A stretch of 64,000 nt of DNA. Source: Schizochytrium sp. TIO01 (lineage: Eukaryota; Protista; Bigyra: Labyrinthulomycetes). The notes under the pieces are model-generated. The model was not told the DNA's origin and did no database searches. It saw only the letters and a list, made by a program, of their open reading frames with translations. Both the position numbers and the translations under genes were made by a program. The DNA lies in assembly GCA_004764695.1 (NCBI GenBank), contig SMSO01000004.1, forward strand, positions 1,240,001 through 1,304,000. The letters run 5' to 3'. Below, piece by piece: positions 11,213 to 25,900 of the stretch (the stretch's first letter is position 1; each line of letters begins with the position of its first letter).

Positions 11213-12159
11213 TTTATTCAGTCCAAATCAAGAGTTCTTTACTCCTCTCGTCGTCTACTTGAATTGAAAGTAGAGAGTCTGTTCCTGTCGAATTGCTCCC
11301 TCAAATTCGTGTATTCGCTTTTGAACTCCAGCAACCGGCGGAGCGCGTACAGAATTACTTACTCCTAACTCCCAGGCTAATTCAATTACTGATCAAGAAA
11401 TCAATCAGTTTCTTGCTCACAAAACACGTTAGCTTTGCAGAACCTGTCTCTGCACGCGGCTACCGACCCTTCTGAATAAGCAGAAGCCTCGTTTGCCTCT
11501 GATCGCGCTACTAGCAAGAGTTTGATGGCCTTGAGATCGCTGATGATTGCGATGGTCTCACAAAAATGCCTGTTTTTCTTTTTTCTTTTTCACACAACTA
11601 ACTAACTGGTAAGCCGTGAGAACCCTCCTTTCTCCTAAAATAAGCAAGATTCCTCCGATGTCGCTGCGAACAAGCACTTGCACTTTCGGCGCTACAGCTC
11701 GATGCTATTCTTTTGCAGAGTGCTCAATCAGGAAGCTACGCCTGCAACAGTTGCAGCAGTCGCGGCAGCAGTCTCGCGCGCCTGCCTTATCTTTCCCTCT
11801 CGGTCAACGTGCCGGGAACGAGAAAGCGCACAGTGAACCGAGCTAAATCAAACCACAACAAATCTAATGAAATCGAATCAGTCAACCAGCTCAGACCCTG
11901 AGACGGCACACCACCAGCCACGCGTTGTCTCCAGCCGCTCCTGCGATACTTCGAGTGGCCGCTTCAGTCGTTCCGACGGTTGGCTGCCTTGCAGTCGTCG
12001 TTGGCGCCCGGCAAGCTTGCTCCTCTGCTGTTTTGGTTTTGCTTATGGTTTTGATTGCTCTGCTCTTCTTCTCCTCTCTTAATCGTCGCTCGATTCTCTG
12101 TTATTTTTTCTCATATTCTCTCCTTCTTTCTTTTCTTGTTACCATTACTTATTTTTCTT

Positions 12160-15100
12160 CTTGTTTGTTTGTTTGTTTGTTTGTTTGTTTGTTTTAGTTT
12201 AGTTGACAAACCAAAAAACTTTATCAAAAAATAACCATCTTCTTCTCCTCAGCCCTATACAGGGATAGCCGACTCCTACGAATTAGCATTTTTTAGTCCA
12301 TCCTTTTCATTTCATCGCCTTCTTTCTCTTCTTCTGCTCTTCCTGCCATATATATATATATATATATACTTATATGATGGATGAGCTATTCTTTTCTCCT
12401 TTTCCCTTTTTCCTTTTTCTTTTTCTTTTGTTATATCATAACACAATATCATAATATCTACTTAGTTATTTAGCTCTGAGAATCAAAGTACAGAGTACAC
12501 TACGATTTACATCAAAAGGCGTCGTGCTAGAGGGGTCCTAGCTTTTAAGCTACGAGGCCTGGGTATCATGGCGACGAATGAGGGAAAGAAAGAAAGTAAA
12601 AGAGAGAGAGAGAGAGAGAGAAAGAAAGCTTTTTATTCTCCTCAATCAACTGTAAAAAGGTCGTTTTGGGTTAGTTTGTTTCTTTTCTTTTCTTTTGGGT
12701 TTCTCTAAATGAAAGAGAGAGCGAATGGATCGACAGGGACCGCACAGACCGCTGCCGCCCGCGATTCTGCTGCTGCCGTGCTGCCAAACTCGCGTGCGGC
12801 TCGTCCTAGCGGGAGCCTGGCCCTCCTGCCTCGAGCCGCTGCATCATCCAGGCGTCTCGGGGCTGCCTTGCCTCAGAGAAGAGGTCTGTCTCCGGGGCTG
12901 CGAGTTTGCTTCGATGGCCAGATTCTTTGCTGCTTGCTGTTCCTTTTCCCCTTGTTCCTGTTCTGTTCCAAGTCCTCCGTTAGTTCCATCATCATTATCC
13001 AAAACGTTCTTTTTCCCATCGCGGCATTACATAAATTCCTATAAATCCCACATTTCTTTAATTTTGAATTTACTTCGTTCTTTTTACTTTAAGTCAAATA
13101 CATATATACAAAACCTCTAGAACCTACCTATCGTATGAAAGGCCATCCGTCCCCCACTGCAGGCTTCGGCTACCGTTTCCGCTATACCTTCCTATGGACC
13201 CTCGCCCTCAGCTTTACCCACCGCCAGAGGGGACACCTTCGATCGGGCGCGGCCGAGGGTTTGCCTTTCTGCCCTTGGCCGATACGGCGATGGTCCTCAG
13301 AAGTCAGTCAGTCTTCCTGGCTCCAGGGCTCTCGAAGCTGCGCAGTAAGCGTGCGAGGGCCTTCTGCCTTGGTCTGTGGCGGCGGCGGCGCTGTTTCGAG
13401 CGTCCCTTCGCGCCGCAATGTGATGGGGTTCGCAGCGCTCATGGTTTCTTAGACCTCGTCAACAAACAAACAGACAGACACATAAACAAACAGAGAGGCA
13501 CTTCGTTCCCTGTTCTATTTCTGCCCACGGAGTCCTAAGATCACCTACCGCATGCTTAATGCGTTCCGTTTTTTTTGAGAGACTACAACAGAACATCACT
13601 CTTTGCTTTTCGTACATGACGACGAGAGATGTTTTTTAAAAAGTTCAATTAAAAAAGTAATAACAATAAATAGAAACTTTTAAGTTGTAAATTGAAAAGG
13701 ACTACTACTCGTACCCGTAGGCGGCCACTAGGGGTGGTGTAGGTGTATGAATGTATGTATGAATGCATTTCTTTCATTTTATTTTATTTTATTTTATCTC
13801 ATTTTATTTTATTTTATTTTATTTTATAAAGGTCGCTCGTGATGTAGTACGTATATCCTCCGTAGTTCTACTGAATGCGTTAGTTCTGTTGCAGAGCGAA
13901 TGTTTTATTTTTAATCAATGAAATAAACAAACAAACAAACAAACAAATAAATAAATAAATAAATAAATGAATGAATGAATGAATGAATGAATAAATAAAT
14001 AATATGATACATGATTTAATCATATACAAACACTATGGGTACTGAGATGCTATGTAAAATAGGGAGGAACCGGCACGTAAGGTCGTGACTATGGTAAACG
14101 GTAGCACTTGCAGGCAGGTGGTTTTATAGGTTAGAGGGAAAGGGTGAGACGAATGAACTTCGAGCAATCGATTATCGTGAGCTCGTTTGTCTTAGGCGTG
14201 GAAGAGGCGCTGGGAGTGGAGCTGATGGGCGCCTGAAGACAGACATGGCGCAGACGAGCAAGCGAGAGCCCTTCGCATGCAGCTTGCATGTAGATTCGAA
14301 GATGGTTGCCACCAGTATTCTTACTTTTCCTTTCTCCGTCTGTTTTCCAAAAGAAAGAGACAAAGAAAGAAAGAAAGAAAGAAAGAAGAGCATCGCGTGA
14401 GCCATGAATCGACAAGCTGCCAGACTGACAACGGCGCCAAGCCCGGCCAGGCGCGCAAACTCGCAGGATAGCCTGCAGCCGGGATGCCGCGGATCCTCTC
14501 GGGCCGGCCGCGTCTGAGTTCCTCACTCTGCCTACGCGATCGCGGGCTTGCTTGCTTGCTTCTTGCCTGCTTGCCGAGTTCGTGATCTTGGTTGGTTGAC
14601 TCTCTCACTCATCATTATTAATCCCTCTCTTTTCTCTTTTCTCTTTTCTCTTTTCTCTTTTCTTTCTTTCTCTCTTTCTTTCTTTTTTGATGACAGAACA
14701 GTAATACTAAACTGAGCGAGTTTGACGAGGGCGATAACGATGGGTCTCAACAACGGCACGAACGGCCACAAAGGCGGCGCTCTCTTTAACTACAGGCGAT
14801 CGGTGCCGTTGCGGTGGTGCCTGATAGGCCGCCGACCACTTTCACGGTGCTTTACAGCGCAAGGAGCGCTTTCTGTTCGGCTTTGGGCGTTGTGAATGTG
14901 TTCAATTCTTCGTTTTTCGCTCTTAGCAGAGCCTCCTTATATACTCATATATGTGCGTATTTACAAACATTTGTTAATGAATCGTCGATTCTCTCGAGGC
15001 TTCGTTGGATTACTCTGCTGCAGGCCGAGCCTGAAGGGGTTCTCTGCCTCCCATTGTAGGCGCTTCCTCCGGCCTGCCTGAGGTCCGTGGGCCAAGCGTT

Positions 15101-18100
15101 GCTGTTGATTGCTTTGGTCGAGATGCGTATTTGCATTTGTTTGTTTGCGAATGATGGATGGACATTCATTCATTCATTCATTCATTCATTCATTTTATTA
15201 TTTATTTATTTAAGGTGGTTGACAGTTGACGGAGGTCGCACACAACTGCTAACGTTACGCTTAGTTGGGTGCTAGCGATGCCTTGCGAGGGAACAAAATC
15301 GAGGCAAAGAGAACTTTAGCCTCAATCTCCAAAGACCGGGCACATCTCGAGCCCCGCACGCCCTCCTCTCGGCCAGCGAGGCAGCGACCTTGGGGCGTCG
15401 CAGCGGCGCTTGGGGTCCACTGCTCCGCGAGGACCTGCCGCTGCGAGAGGCCGCAGACCTGCCTGGTCTTGGGCGAGTTTGATGGATTGTAGACCTGATG
15501 AGAGAAGGTCAACGCGTGAGAAGAACTGGACGAGTGCTACCGTTTCGCATAGCGCACCCCTCTAGCGCTCCGCTCTGCTGCTGCACGTGAACGAAGCTGC
15601 TGTCTCCTCGAGGTCCATACATAAGCTTGAAGAGACATCGTTTCGATCTTAAGCATGCAAGCAGCACCCTCTACGAAATGTTCGCACCTTGTGTAACACA
15701 TGCATGTATGTGCATCCGATGCTGCTCGCGACGGCCTTCGTGGCTCCACGGCGATAGGGATTCCCAGGGGGGAACTCGAGCGAGCAAATGCCGCGCAGCG
15801 AGAAGGCCATAAAACTCGTTGTTTCGTTTGATTTGGAACGGTTGTTCTCTCTCTTTCTTTCTTTCTTTCTTTCTTCTTCGGATTCCTGAACAATAAAAGA
15901 AGGAGAAGAAGAAAGAAAAAAGAATGGAAAAGGAAGTGGCTTTCGTTTTCTTTGTAAGCTGCCTGCGTTGAGTTTATGTGGTTGTTTATTGGTGTAGCTG
16001 GTCCTGGGTGGCCCAGAAAGATAGGATAGCAGAAGCAGGTGACTGGGCATTTGTGTAATTTTCTATTCTAGACACGCAAACGAACGAAAGAAACGTTCGT
16101 ACCTTTTGCAACGTCGCATCAAATATTAATCTCTCAGAATTTATTCACTTTTAACCAAAACTAAAACATACTATACACATATATGTGAAGTGATAAACTT
16201 TTTTCCAGATTTAAAAACAAATAAAAATAAATAAATAAATAAATAGATCAAAAGAATAATTCAATTCCTCTCTCTTTCTTTGTGTATAGAGAAAAGAAGA
16301 ACAGCCATAGAAACGAATCATCGTCATTGCGCGATCACAGGAGCGACTGACTTCACGGCAGCGCCCTCGCTGCCAAGGCCGCGCCGCAGCCGCCGTCGCG
16401 AGGATGCCCGGGTGATAGCTTTCGCGCGCCCACTAGTGCCCCTCCACGCTCCGTCGCGGGTGCCGACGGCAGCGCGACGCTGACAAAGTTCTGGCGCATG
16501 AAGGATCCGCGAAGAACTAACTAAGTATGCATACTTTACATACCTTCTTCAGACCAGAAAGAAGTTGACCAAAAGTGGACAGAAGCCAGGCAAGGCCACG
16601 GGAGGAGGCAGCGACAGCCAGCAGGCACGGAGCGGCCCGCTGCAAGGGTGGAGGTGCCGCCTTCGCCTTGAGCCTGGCCTCGGGCTTGTCTGGAGCGTGG
16701 TATCGGGTTTTCAAGATGCGCGGCATTTTGAAGTACCTCGTTACCGTCGCTGCTTAGGCAGTAAGTAAACGAGCCGGCGCTCGTACGGAGAGCGGGGAGG
16801 GCCCGTGGACCATCCCAGCGAGCTGTGGCGGCCCCGAAACGGCGACTCTGCTCGAAGTCGGCCTCGAATTCGCAGCTGGTCTCGCTCCTCCCTCAGCGAC
16901 TTTGCAAATTCTGGTGCATTGCGAGTGAGTGAATGATTTTGATTACCTTTGATATCCTCGCAAATTTACATTTGCCAGTTATTCTTATTTGTTCTATACT
17001 TTTAGTTATTTACGTTTATTTTGGTACCACCCCATTAACCCTCAGTAGGAACTGCGCGGATAGAGAAGTAGATAGAATGATAAATAGACTCATCTATAAA
17101 TAAATAGAGAAATGATAAATAGAGAAATAGATAGAATGATAAATAGATTCATCTATAAATAAATAGAGACACAAACAGAGAAATAAACAGATAAATAGAT
17201 AAATCCATACATAAGCAGAGAAATAAGAAATCAATAGAGAAATCAATAGATAAACCCTCTGTTCCTCAGTATGCGTTCTGTTCTCGTTCTAATTAAAATG
17301 TCCACGTAAGCACGAGAAGTGTTCTTCGAGTGCGCTTTGGTTTCCCGTACCGCACATCATCATCTCAGGCCCTCATATTTCATTCGCAAGGCGCCGGGCC
17401 CAGGGCCGCGGAGGCTCTGGGCCGTGCCGGAGGGAGGAGGCCGCCGCCTCTGCCGCCTCCGCCTCGCAGAGTGTCTTGGCAGCCGCGGCTGCGAGGGAGC
17501 GAGCCCTCCAGTCTGGCCCAAGGTGAGTGAATCCGCATTCGCCTTTGTTGCTTTGTTAGTTCTTCTTGGGTCTGCCATTTTAAGACAGCGAATTTTGGAC
17601 GGGGCTTGCGCGTATTTTATTGTGGGTAGGGGCGCATATGGGGGAAACGGTAGCAGTGGCAGGAACGGCACCCGTGGTTCTTGAGGGAGGAATTGGTCTG
17701 TGGGATCTGCTCGAAGGCCGCCATTGCAGATTGGCGTGCGGAGTGGAGCAGGGCACAGAGCCTGGGGGCGCGAGGCCGCTGGCGAGAGGTGACGCGGCAG
17801 GACGCCGAGGAAGGGTATCTGCGCTGCACGAGCTCACGTTTGAGGAGACCTGGGAACGAGAGGGCCGGATGATGATGTGACATCATGGGGCTTAGACAAA
17901 AGAAGGCGACAGACAGCGAAGCCCGAGTGAACAGGAGAAGGGAAGGCAACACGCAGACGTAGCGAGGAGGCGGGAAGGCAGGGGAAACGGACAATGCAGC
18001 AGACCCGGCCGACACGCTGCAGCGGAAGCGGCCTGGCGAAGAGGCAGAGTAAGCTTCGGCTCCTCGCAAATGAAGATGATAGACAGCCTCTGTTGAACAT

Positions 18101-18280
18101 TCTCACATCGTGAACAACTGAGCCTTTGATCCGCCAAAAAGAAAAAAGAAAGAGAGGAAGAGAGGAAGAGAGAAAGAGAGAAAGAGGCAGAGGCGTACAG
18201 GAAGAGAAGTGGAGATAGAAACGGAGACAGAAACGGAGACAGAAACAAAGACAGAAACGGAGACAGAAACAGAAGCAGAG
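12160..18280. repeat. Cluster of simple repeats separating GC-rich non-coding islands
   Basis: (TTTG)n ~12160, (TA)n ~12349, (AG)n ~12600, (TTTTA)n ~13776, compound (AAAC)(AAAT)(GAAT) 13921-14000, (ATTC)n ~15165, degenerate ATAGAGAAAT 17057-17255, (GAGACAGAAACG)n ~18210-18270. Confidence 0.85.
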
Positions 18281-19925
18281 AAGGAAAAAGGAAAGGGAAC
18301 GATAACTCCGTTTTCAATTTTCAATTTTTATTTTTTTTAAGTTCTTTTTTCCAAGTCTATTTTGAAAAATACAAAACTTTTTTTTTTAAATAAAATAAAA
18401 AGTGAATCTTACTACTATTAATAAGTGTTATTATAACTTATAAATAAATAACTCTATCATCAATATGAATTAGATATAATAATCAAAAGTGACCATATTT
18501 CTCAACAACCCATTGCTACTAGCAGACAGTATATTGCTCTTATAGCAATTAGAGGGTTGGAAGAAGGGCCAGTTCCAAAGGTTCCTCTTAGCGCTCTCGG
18601 AATCGAAGAGTCCCAAACGAAGAAAACCAAGTCCACCTGAATATTAGTAAAACGAAACTGCACAAGTCTGGAGATTCGGCGCGCGATGAGACAGAGCTGC
18701 CTGGCGTCAGATCGATGTGTAGAAATCGCCGATCTGTCAGGAGCCCGCGTACGAAACTTGGCTTTATGATAAGGACGACCTCGCGATAGAAGGCTGGCTT
18801 CCTGGGCCTTTCTTGAGAACTCGCGTGAGAGAGCGGACATCATGCTTTGTTGGGAAAGACAAGTTGCCAATACAGAGTCGGATGATGGCTTGGCGATGGA
18901 CCGGAGCTAGGTGGGTGAGTACGGAATCCTCCGCTGCGTAGAGTTTGAAGCTGGAAGGTTAGGACAAAAACATCATGCGAAGGTATACCAAAATGCTTAT
19001 CTGTCAAAGAGCTTGAATCAGGCAGGAATTTTAATACGCTTTCAAGGTGCTCTACACTGCGGCAAGGGAAAGCAATGGTAGCATCTGTCAAGACCGCTTG
19101 GCTTGATTCCGCAGCTTGGGACAAAAGTCAGCTTCTAGTCGAGTAATGAACATGACAGGCCAAAGCATTCTTAGAGGCTATAGGACAAATGGTCGCTGAA
19201 ACAGTGCAAATAGTGTGGCCAGAGCCATGTAAAATACGCTACCCTCTATTTCAATGAATCGCCACTGGTTCTGTCAACAGGAGCTTCTTCGCGAGGCAAT
19301 CAAGGGTACAGTACACAGTCACCAAGTTTCCTAAGAGGAGGCACAGTAGTTTTTTTTTTGTTTTTTTTTTTGTATGTTTGAAGCGTGTGATCAAGAATTC
19401 TTTGGCCCCTCCTCGATGATTTATTTTCTCTTCCCTGCAGAATTTTAAACATTGAATATATTATTTTAAAAAAGCAATATGCTATAGTTTCCCAAAACGC
19501 GGTCATCAATTTAACTTTTAAGATATAATATAAAATAGATATTTTCACATTAGGCCGTTCATGAATGTTCAGTCTAAATAGCATAGAGAAAGCAAAGGGG
19601 ATAGAGACTTTGGGTAGATAGACACTATTGTTCTTCATGCCTTCAAGACTCTGGCAAATTCCAGGAGGCGAGGGGGGGGGGTAAATTGTGAATCCCCGGA
19701 CAGACCGCTATGCCTTGATACTTCTGGTCATAATGCCGGCATGCATCTAGCCTCTTTTATGGCGTTCCTCATTCTCATGTTTGCTTTCCCTTGTCCCTGC
19801 GCTACTAATACCAAAAAGTAGTATATAGTGAACAAAATTATCGGATTAAATTATCAAATTTTTGTAGAAGCAAATAAGGAGCACACTGTTTTCACTCAGT
19901 TTTATTACCTAAAGACCATCGTGGT

Positions 19926-22900
19926 CTATTCCGTGCCCTTTCCTGTTTGATGCTGCAAGCTGTATGAGTTTACAAAGTCCTGAAAACGAACTGTTCCAGA
20001 ACCACTCTTATCGTGCTTACGAATCCATTGGTAAAGTTCAGTGTCTGCGACATGTGATCGGCCCATCTCGTTGAAGGCAGCACGCAAGCTTAAAAATCGG
20101 ATAGCTCCATCTCGACCCCCGCCATACCGACAGAATGCGCGCCATAGTGCACGAAGCTTTTCGGTTTGCATAGACTGACGCAAATTCTTGGGTAAGAAAT
20201 TTCTGATAGCCTCATCAAACGATATTTGAGGACCGCTGCGTTGCGGGTTTAAGAGTTTGGGTGGCTGACGTGATGCAGCATGGAGCATCTTCTTTACCCC
20301 CGCTTCATCCTTCCCTTTCTGTGGTTGAGATGGAGATGCAATAAAAGATTCGTGTATCAGGGGTTGTGAACTTTTCACGAGTTGAACCAAATGCTGTGCT
20401 TGGATCCAATCAATTGATCCAGTAGACTCTCCAGTTTGAAGGGTTACCCAACCCTCTACTTCTGTTCGTGTGCATAACTTTTCGCTGTCTCCGCTCAGTG
20501 CTAAGCACTCCACTAAAAATGCATACACGCGGTTAGATCCGCTCAGCAAATTAGTTGTATCACTATAGGAAGAAAAGATGCTACGATATGCTTCTGCAAG
20601 ATTTACTACCTGATGCAAATCTTCGTAACTCTCCATATTAAGCCTTTCGTGACCTTGATCATATTGACTTCTCTGATGACCACCCTTTGTCTCCTGTAAA
20701 GCCTCTACAAGAAGTCGAAAGTCTTGCTTGGAGAATAAAGTTGTCACCGCCAAGCCTAGCGAACGGGCAAGTGTCTCCACTTCTCCATTCAATACTGCCC
20801 TCATTCCTGGGAGTGAACTTAGCGCGGCCTGAGCCTGACTTGCTGTGAGCTCACCGTGCCCACCAGCATCAAATCTATCAAATGTACCATCAGCAAAATC
20901 ATGCAACCTTCCCATAGCTTGCCTTGAGATGCTTGCAGAACTGCCAGTACTGGTTCCTCTCCTCAACTTATCCTTCACAGATGTAATTTCTCCTTCGGTT
21001 CCTACCTTACTACTTGAGAGAATTTGAATATTTCGTTTGAAAAATTCTAGATGCTTGGAATAGAATAGACAAAACTCCTCGAAATTAAGCTGTCCTATCC
21101 GATGGGATTGTCTCAATGCTTCTGCAGCTGCACGACGGATGCTAGCATCACCATGCAAAGAATTGATCAAGTTTTGCATCTCTACTTTGCCAAGGTTGTC
21201 ACCCCCTTGGCGTTGCTTGAACTTTCTTTTACCTTCTAATTGTGCCTGAAAAAGGGTTCTTGCATCTACGATATCATCCCCGAGTTGGTCCATCCAAGCT
21301 GACCCAGATGAAACATGAGCTGCCGACAACAGGCGCTCTTGTGGACTTCGCAAAGGAGCGTGCCCATGCGTTGCTGCTGCTGCGACATTGGTATAATGTA
21401 ATTCTTGATCTAAAGCAGAAACGCTGTTATCACAGACTTTCAGTTCATTTGAATAAACCCCATTTGACTTTGACTCATTTTCCTCATTGTAACTCCATAC
21501 TGTTTTTCCTCTAACAGAAGAAGATTGTCCAGTCAGCTCAGAAAATAGTGTTGATGATACAGAGCTGTCATTTTTGATAATTTCAAGAAGTTGACAATCT
21601 TGCGTAGAAAGCAAAGCAGTTAACACAAGGCGAGCTTGCCTCTCTTCACGAGTCATTGCTAAGGTATCCTTTCCGATAGGACATCTGTTTGTAAGCTTCG
21701 TAGCTTCACGTGCGACAACTCCATGACTTTTCACATGCGCTACAAATTCAGCCTTGAGAGCCGACAAGATGTCAAGTCTCTTACATAAAACTTGAATTAA
21801 ATACACAGCATCTGTGCGCAAAGCCATAGACCCATTCCAAGTTGCACCGAGAGTTTGTTGAAGACGAAGCTGATGTGATTTGGCACATAACACAGTTGTA
21901 TCGTTCAGACACTCTACCAAAATATATTCAATAACCCCAGAGCGCACAAGGTCATCTTGCAGCATTGAGGATCGTGAGCATGCCCCGATGAGGCTGTACC
22001 ATGCTTGGCGCAAGCTAGTACTTCGTTGGGGCCAAGTACTTAAGATGTCTTGGTACCGATCTGCGTCCCCATTGTTTCTGGCTTCGTGCAAAATAATAGC
22101 ATTAGTTCGCAAATATGTCAGGAAAAGCTCAGCCAAATTGGATGATAGCCGTAGTCCACCGAGGGCAGCTTGCAAAAGCTCGTCATTTCCAGTGAAACCA
22201 CAAAATAAAAAGTCTACAGCCTGGGTTTGAAAATCTAATACTTCGAAACTAGCATTAGCAAGATCGACGAAATCCTCTGAAATGATTTTTGCCATCACAG
22301 AAAAGCAACCAGATTCCTCAAGCAACTTCGAAGCTTTGCCTGGCCTGAGGGCTGGATTTTCAGAAAATATCATTTGATAGGCAAGTGAGAGGGCTATGCA
22401 CAGAACTGGAATCCTTTCTTGGGCTAGTGCAGGACTATCAAGAGAAGCTTCCCAAAAATTGACAGTCCAAACCTCAAACACAACCTTGAGTAGTTCAATA
22501 TATAGATCATCAAGATGGCGTGCTCCAACATAATCAGTGCTCACAGCAACACGCACCCTTACCAAGAGCTGAGTGACCTCTTTCACTAGACTTGCATCCC
22601 TTGCTTCTACTAATAGCCGCCCCAACTGCGTATCTGCGCCCGAGGGGTCCACAATTGCAATATTTGGCACTTCAATGCTAAATTCATCGTGTACTAGCGA
22701 GACAAGGGTAGGGTAAGAATGAAATAGACACATCAATGTTCGAGTTCCGTATGATGCGATAGAAGCACACATCGAAGCTGCTAAGGCGCAACGTGACTTT
22801 CGTAAAACATGCAGTAAAGCTGGGAAAACATCACAACTTTGCCAAGCAGCCGTCATGGTATCGCCAGCCTTTACATGAGTTTCTAAAATTTGAAGGGCCA

Positions 22901-25900
22901 GGTTGCGCGCTTTCTCATTCTCACCTAAGACATGTTGGACCAACATCGCAACACATGATACTGATGCAAAGGCACATGCCATTTCGCGCTGACCATTCCA
23001 GAGTATAGAATTACCTTGACTATTCGCATGATGCGCGCGCAGTCCTAAATGATGAAAGGAATTCAGCTTTGTTGTGCTTTCAAGAAGCGCTTTTGCGCAT
23101 TCCATTGCTAATTGACTCAGATCGTCGTCTTCGTCTCCAATCATGCTTGCTACTTGCTCTGCTACACACATATCTATGCACAGTAAGATGTGTCCAGTAT
23201 CTGTGGAACGAAGAAGTGAAAGGATTTGGCGTCCGGCAACAAACCTAGAACGAGACTTACGCTGGGTTGAGATCATTTGAGATAAACAGTGTCCAAGATT
23301 AAGCACCTCGCTATAGTATGTATGCGAACGGCAGAACACTGCAGTTGACGATTGGTTATCTACACGATTTTGATCTTCTTCATCTTCCCATGTTCCATGC
23401 TTACTGATGTATTCGCGGATCCCATGGTAGCGTGGATTTCCCCCGCCTTCTTCTGTAACAATTTGACGAATGAGAGGAGATACTAGACGCTCCAACTCAG
23501 GTGTCCAATGATTTGCACAGTCATTTCGGACGTTTGAAGAATTAAACGGAAATAGAGAGTTCTCTTCACCGCAATAAAGACACATCATAGAATGTAAAAG
23601 CGCACCAATATGGTTTGCCATAGGTAGAGATCCAGCATTTGTTAAAGTGGTTTTGCCGAATTCTGACGCGATCGTTTGAAAAGCAAACACTACACGCTGC
23701 ATGATCCTCACTCGTATTGGATCATCAGAATTGCCTTCAACAAAACCGAGATTTGTCAGACCACGGCCAGTCGTATCTGCCACGCCTCCACTGGAGAAGA
23801 AACGCAAAGAAAGTTTAACAATCGTCTGTAGAGCACCCATTCCAACTACCTCGTCACAAAGTGTTGGAAGTTTGGAGCCTACTTCCTCATCAGCCGTGGT
23901 ATTTGCAGGAGCACAGCAGCACTCCACAACAGCGTCAATTGCGTCTAAAAGCAACCGAGGATCAACTGCACCATTTCCCCATGGTTCTGCATCTCGTGAA
24001 TACGACTGTACAAGTAAAATATCCAAAGGCACTCTCACGCCCTCAGTAATATTCTTCGATATGCAAATTTGACCCACCCATTGCTTTGCAGCTTCTGAGG
24101 CTTGATGAAATGAATGTTCATCCATGTTTGCACAAACTATATCAAATGCACTTTCTGGTGTAATTCGTTTTGCAGGATCTGCTGAGAGAAATTGCATGGC
24201 AAGATCTATTACTGAGAATTTTCCTGTTTTGGAACCGGTTGCGTTGCATCCAAAGTAGCTTCCAAACTTAGCTGCGTTGGAAATAGCTATCAGTTCTGCC
24301 AGACTTCGGGTCTCATCAGCATTTGATTGTTCCTTTCGCTCCAAGTTCCTTGTCGCATCTGGAAATCCTTCAGCTGGACACAGCTGCAACTCGCCACGAG
24401 GACCAAGTACAAATGGTCCTTGCAAGGCGCTCTGACGTTTTGTCGTTGTAAGGCTCAGCTCAAAACAACCGTACGGGAAAGTCTTGCCACTTGCAGATGG
24501 CGGCCGCCCAGAGAGTAACTCCATAAGTAAACAACCGAGGCAATAAACATCATAGGACGCTGTTGGCCTTTGCCCTTCTTTGGTATCCTCGACTGGGTTA
24601 TAATCATATTCTTCTGGAGACAAAACCTCGCCAAGATCAGGGCCAGAAAGCATGGAGCCACGCAACTCGTCCTCCATAGAAAGTACTCCTGCAGTGGCAA
24701 AAGAAGCCAGGCGTAAGAACCTTCCACATGGCGACACAAGAATTTGTCGAGGCCGTGGACCACGTAAAATAACCCCTTTAGAATGCACTTTTTGCAAAAT
24801 GATTAAGAGTTGACAGACCCACAATTGCAAAAGGTGTACTGCAAACTCACCACCTAAATAACCATGTGCATCCAGACACTCGCGTAAGGTTCTCCAGCCA
24901 GGTAAGGCTCCTAATACAACATGTCGCGAGTTGGCCTTCTTTAGTTCTTCCGTGACGTCATTTGATTCTGTGGGTCGTACATTATCTATGACAATAGGGG
25001 CAATGTTGTCTTCTCCAAATAGTCGATACATTGCAACCTCGCGCTCCAGATGAGCTTCATAAGGTTGACCATCATAATTCTGAATTCGATCAAGTTTTTC
25101 GGCACTTACAACATTTACAAGAAGGTCTACATAACTCTCAGCAGATTGCATGTTGCGGAACCATCCCCGTGATCTATGAACTAGGCGTTGGGGCATGTTT
25201 AAAAAGGATAGTGAACTCTGTTCATTACTATCAATTCGATACGATACTGTAGCCTTTGATTGAAGTGCGGATAAAATTTTGGACTCATAAAATGCAGAGA
25301 CCTTTGATATTTCTTTCATGAGCGACCAGTCAGATACATTTGAAACAGTAACCTCTCGATCCTCTTCACTTTGGTGAACAATATCATCTGAGGCAGAAAG
25401 CTTGTCATTGATCAATCGAATTGCGTGGTTTTTGAGGCCATTTGAAAGGCTGATGAGACTGTTTTTACAGTTATTCACCTCCTTTTCGCATGTGTGTGCA
25501 GCAACCAAACTTGCTAATTCGTGTAATTTAGAGGAAGCACATGGATGGCCTGCTGAATATTTCTGACCCATCTCCCTTGCCTGGGCCATGGCATCCCGCA
25601 CTGACCAAAATGGGTCAACTCGGCTCGTAAGCATTGAAAATGTAGCTTCAGTAAAGCCAAATATCGTTTCGTCGGATTGGTAGCTTATATGTAACTTCTT
25701 GCACATATTGTGAATCCAATCTGGAGGATAGGCGTCACGTTCTAAAAAGTTGACCTTGGCAAGGACATCAAAGGCTTCTGCTGAGGTCAAAACTTTGCTA
25801 CGCGCCTCGTCAACGCAATATAGCAGCGTTTGTAGCGTCACAGTGGTTCGTTTTCCTCCACGAGTTAATTTCGCTGTAAAATCACTGAGAGTACTTCCGA

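Noticed and set aside
11616-18324. Many 60-150 aa ORFs in the GC islands
   Set aside because: Overlap on both strands, run through microsatellites and show no motifs; expected by chance in GC-rich DNA.
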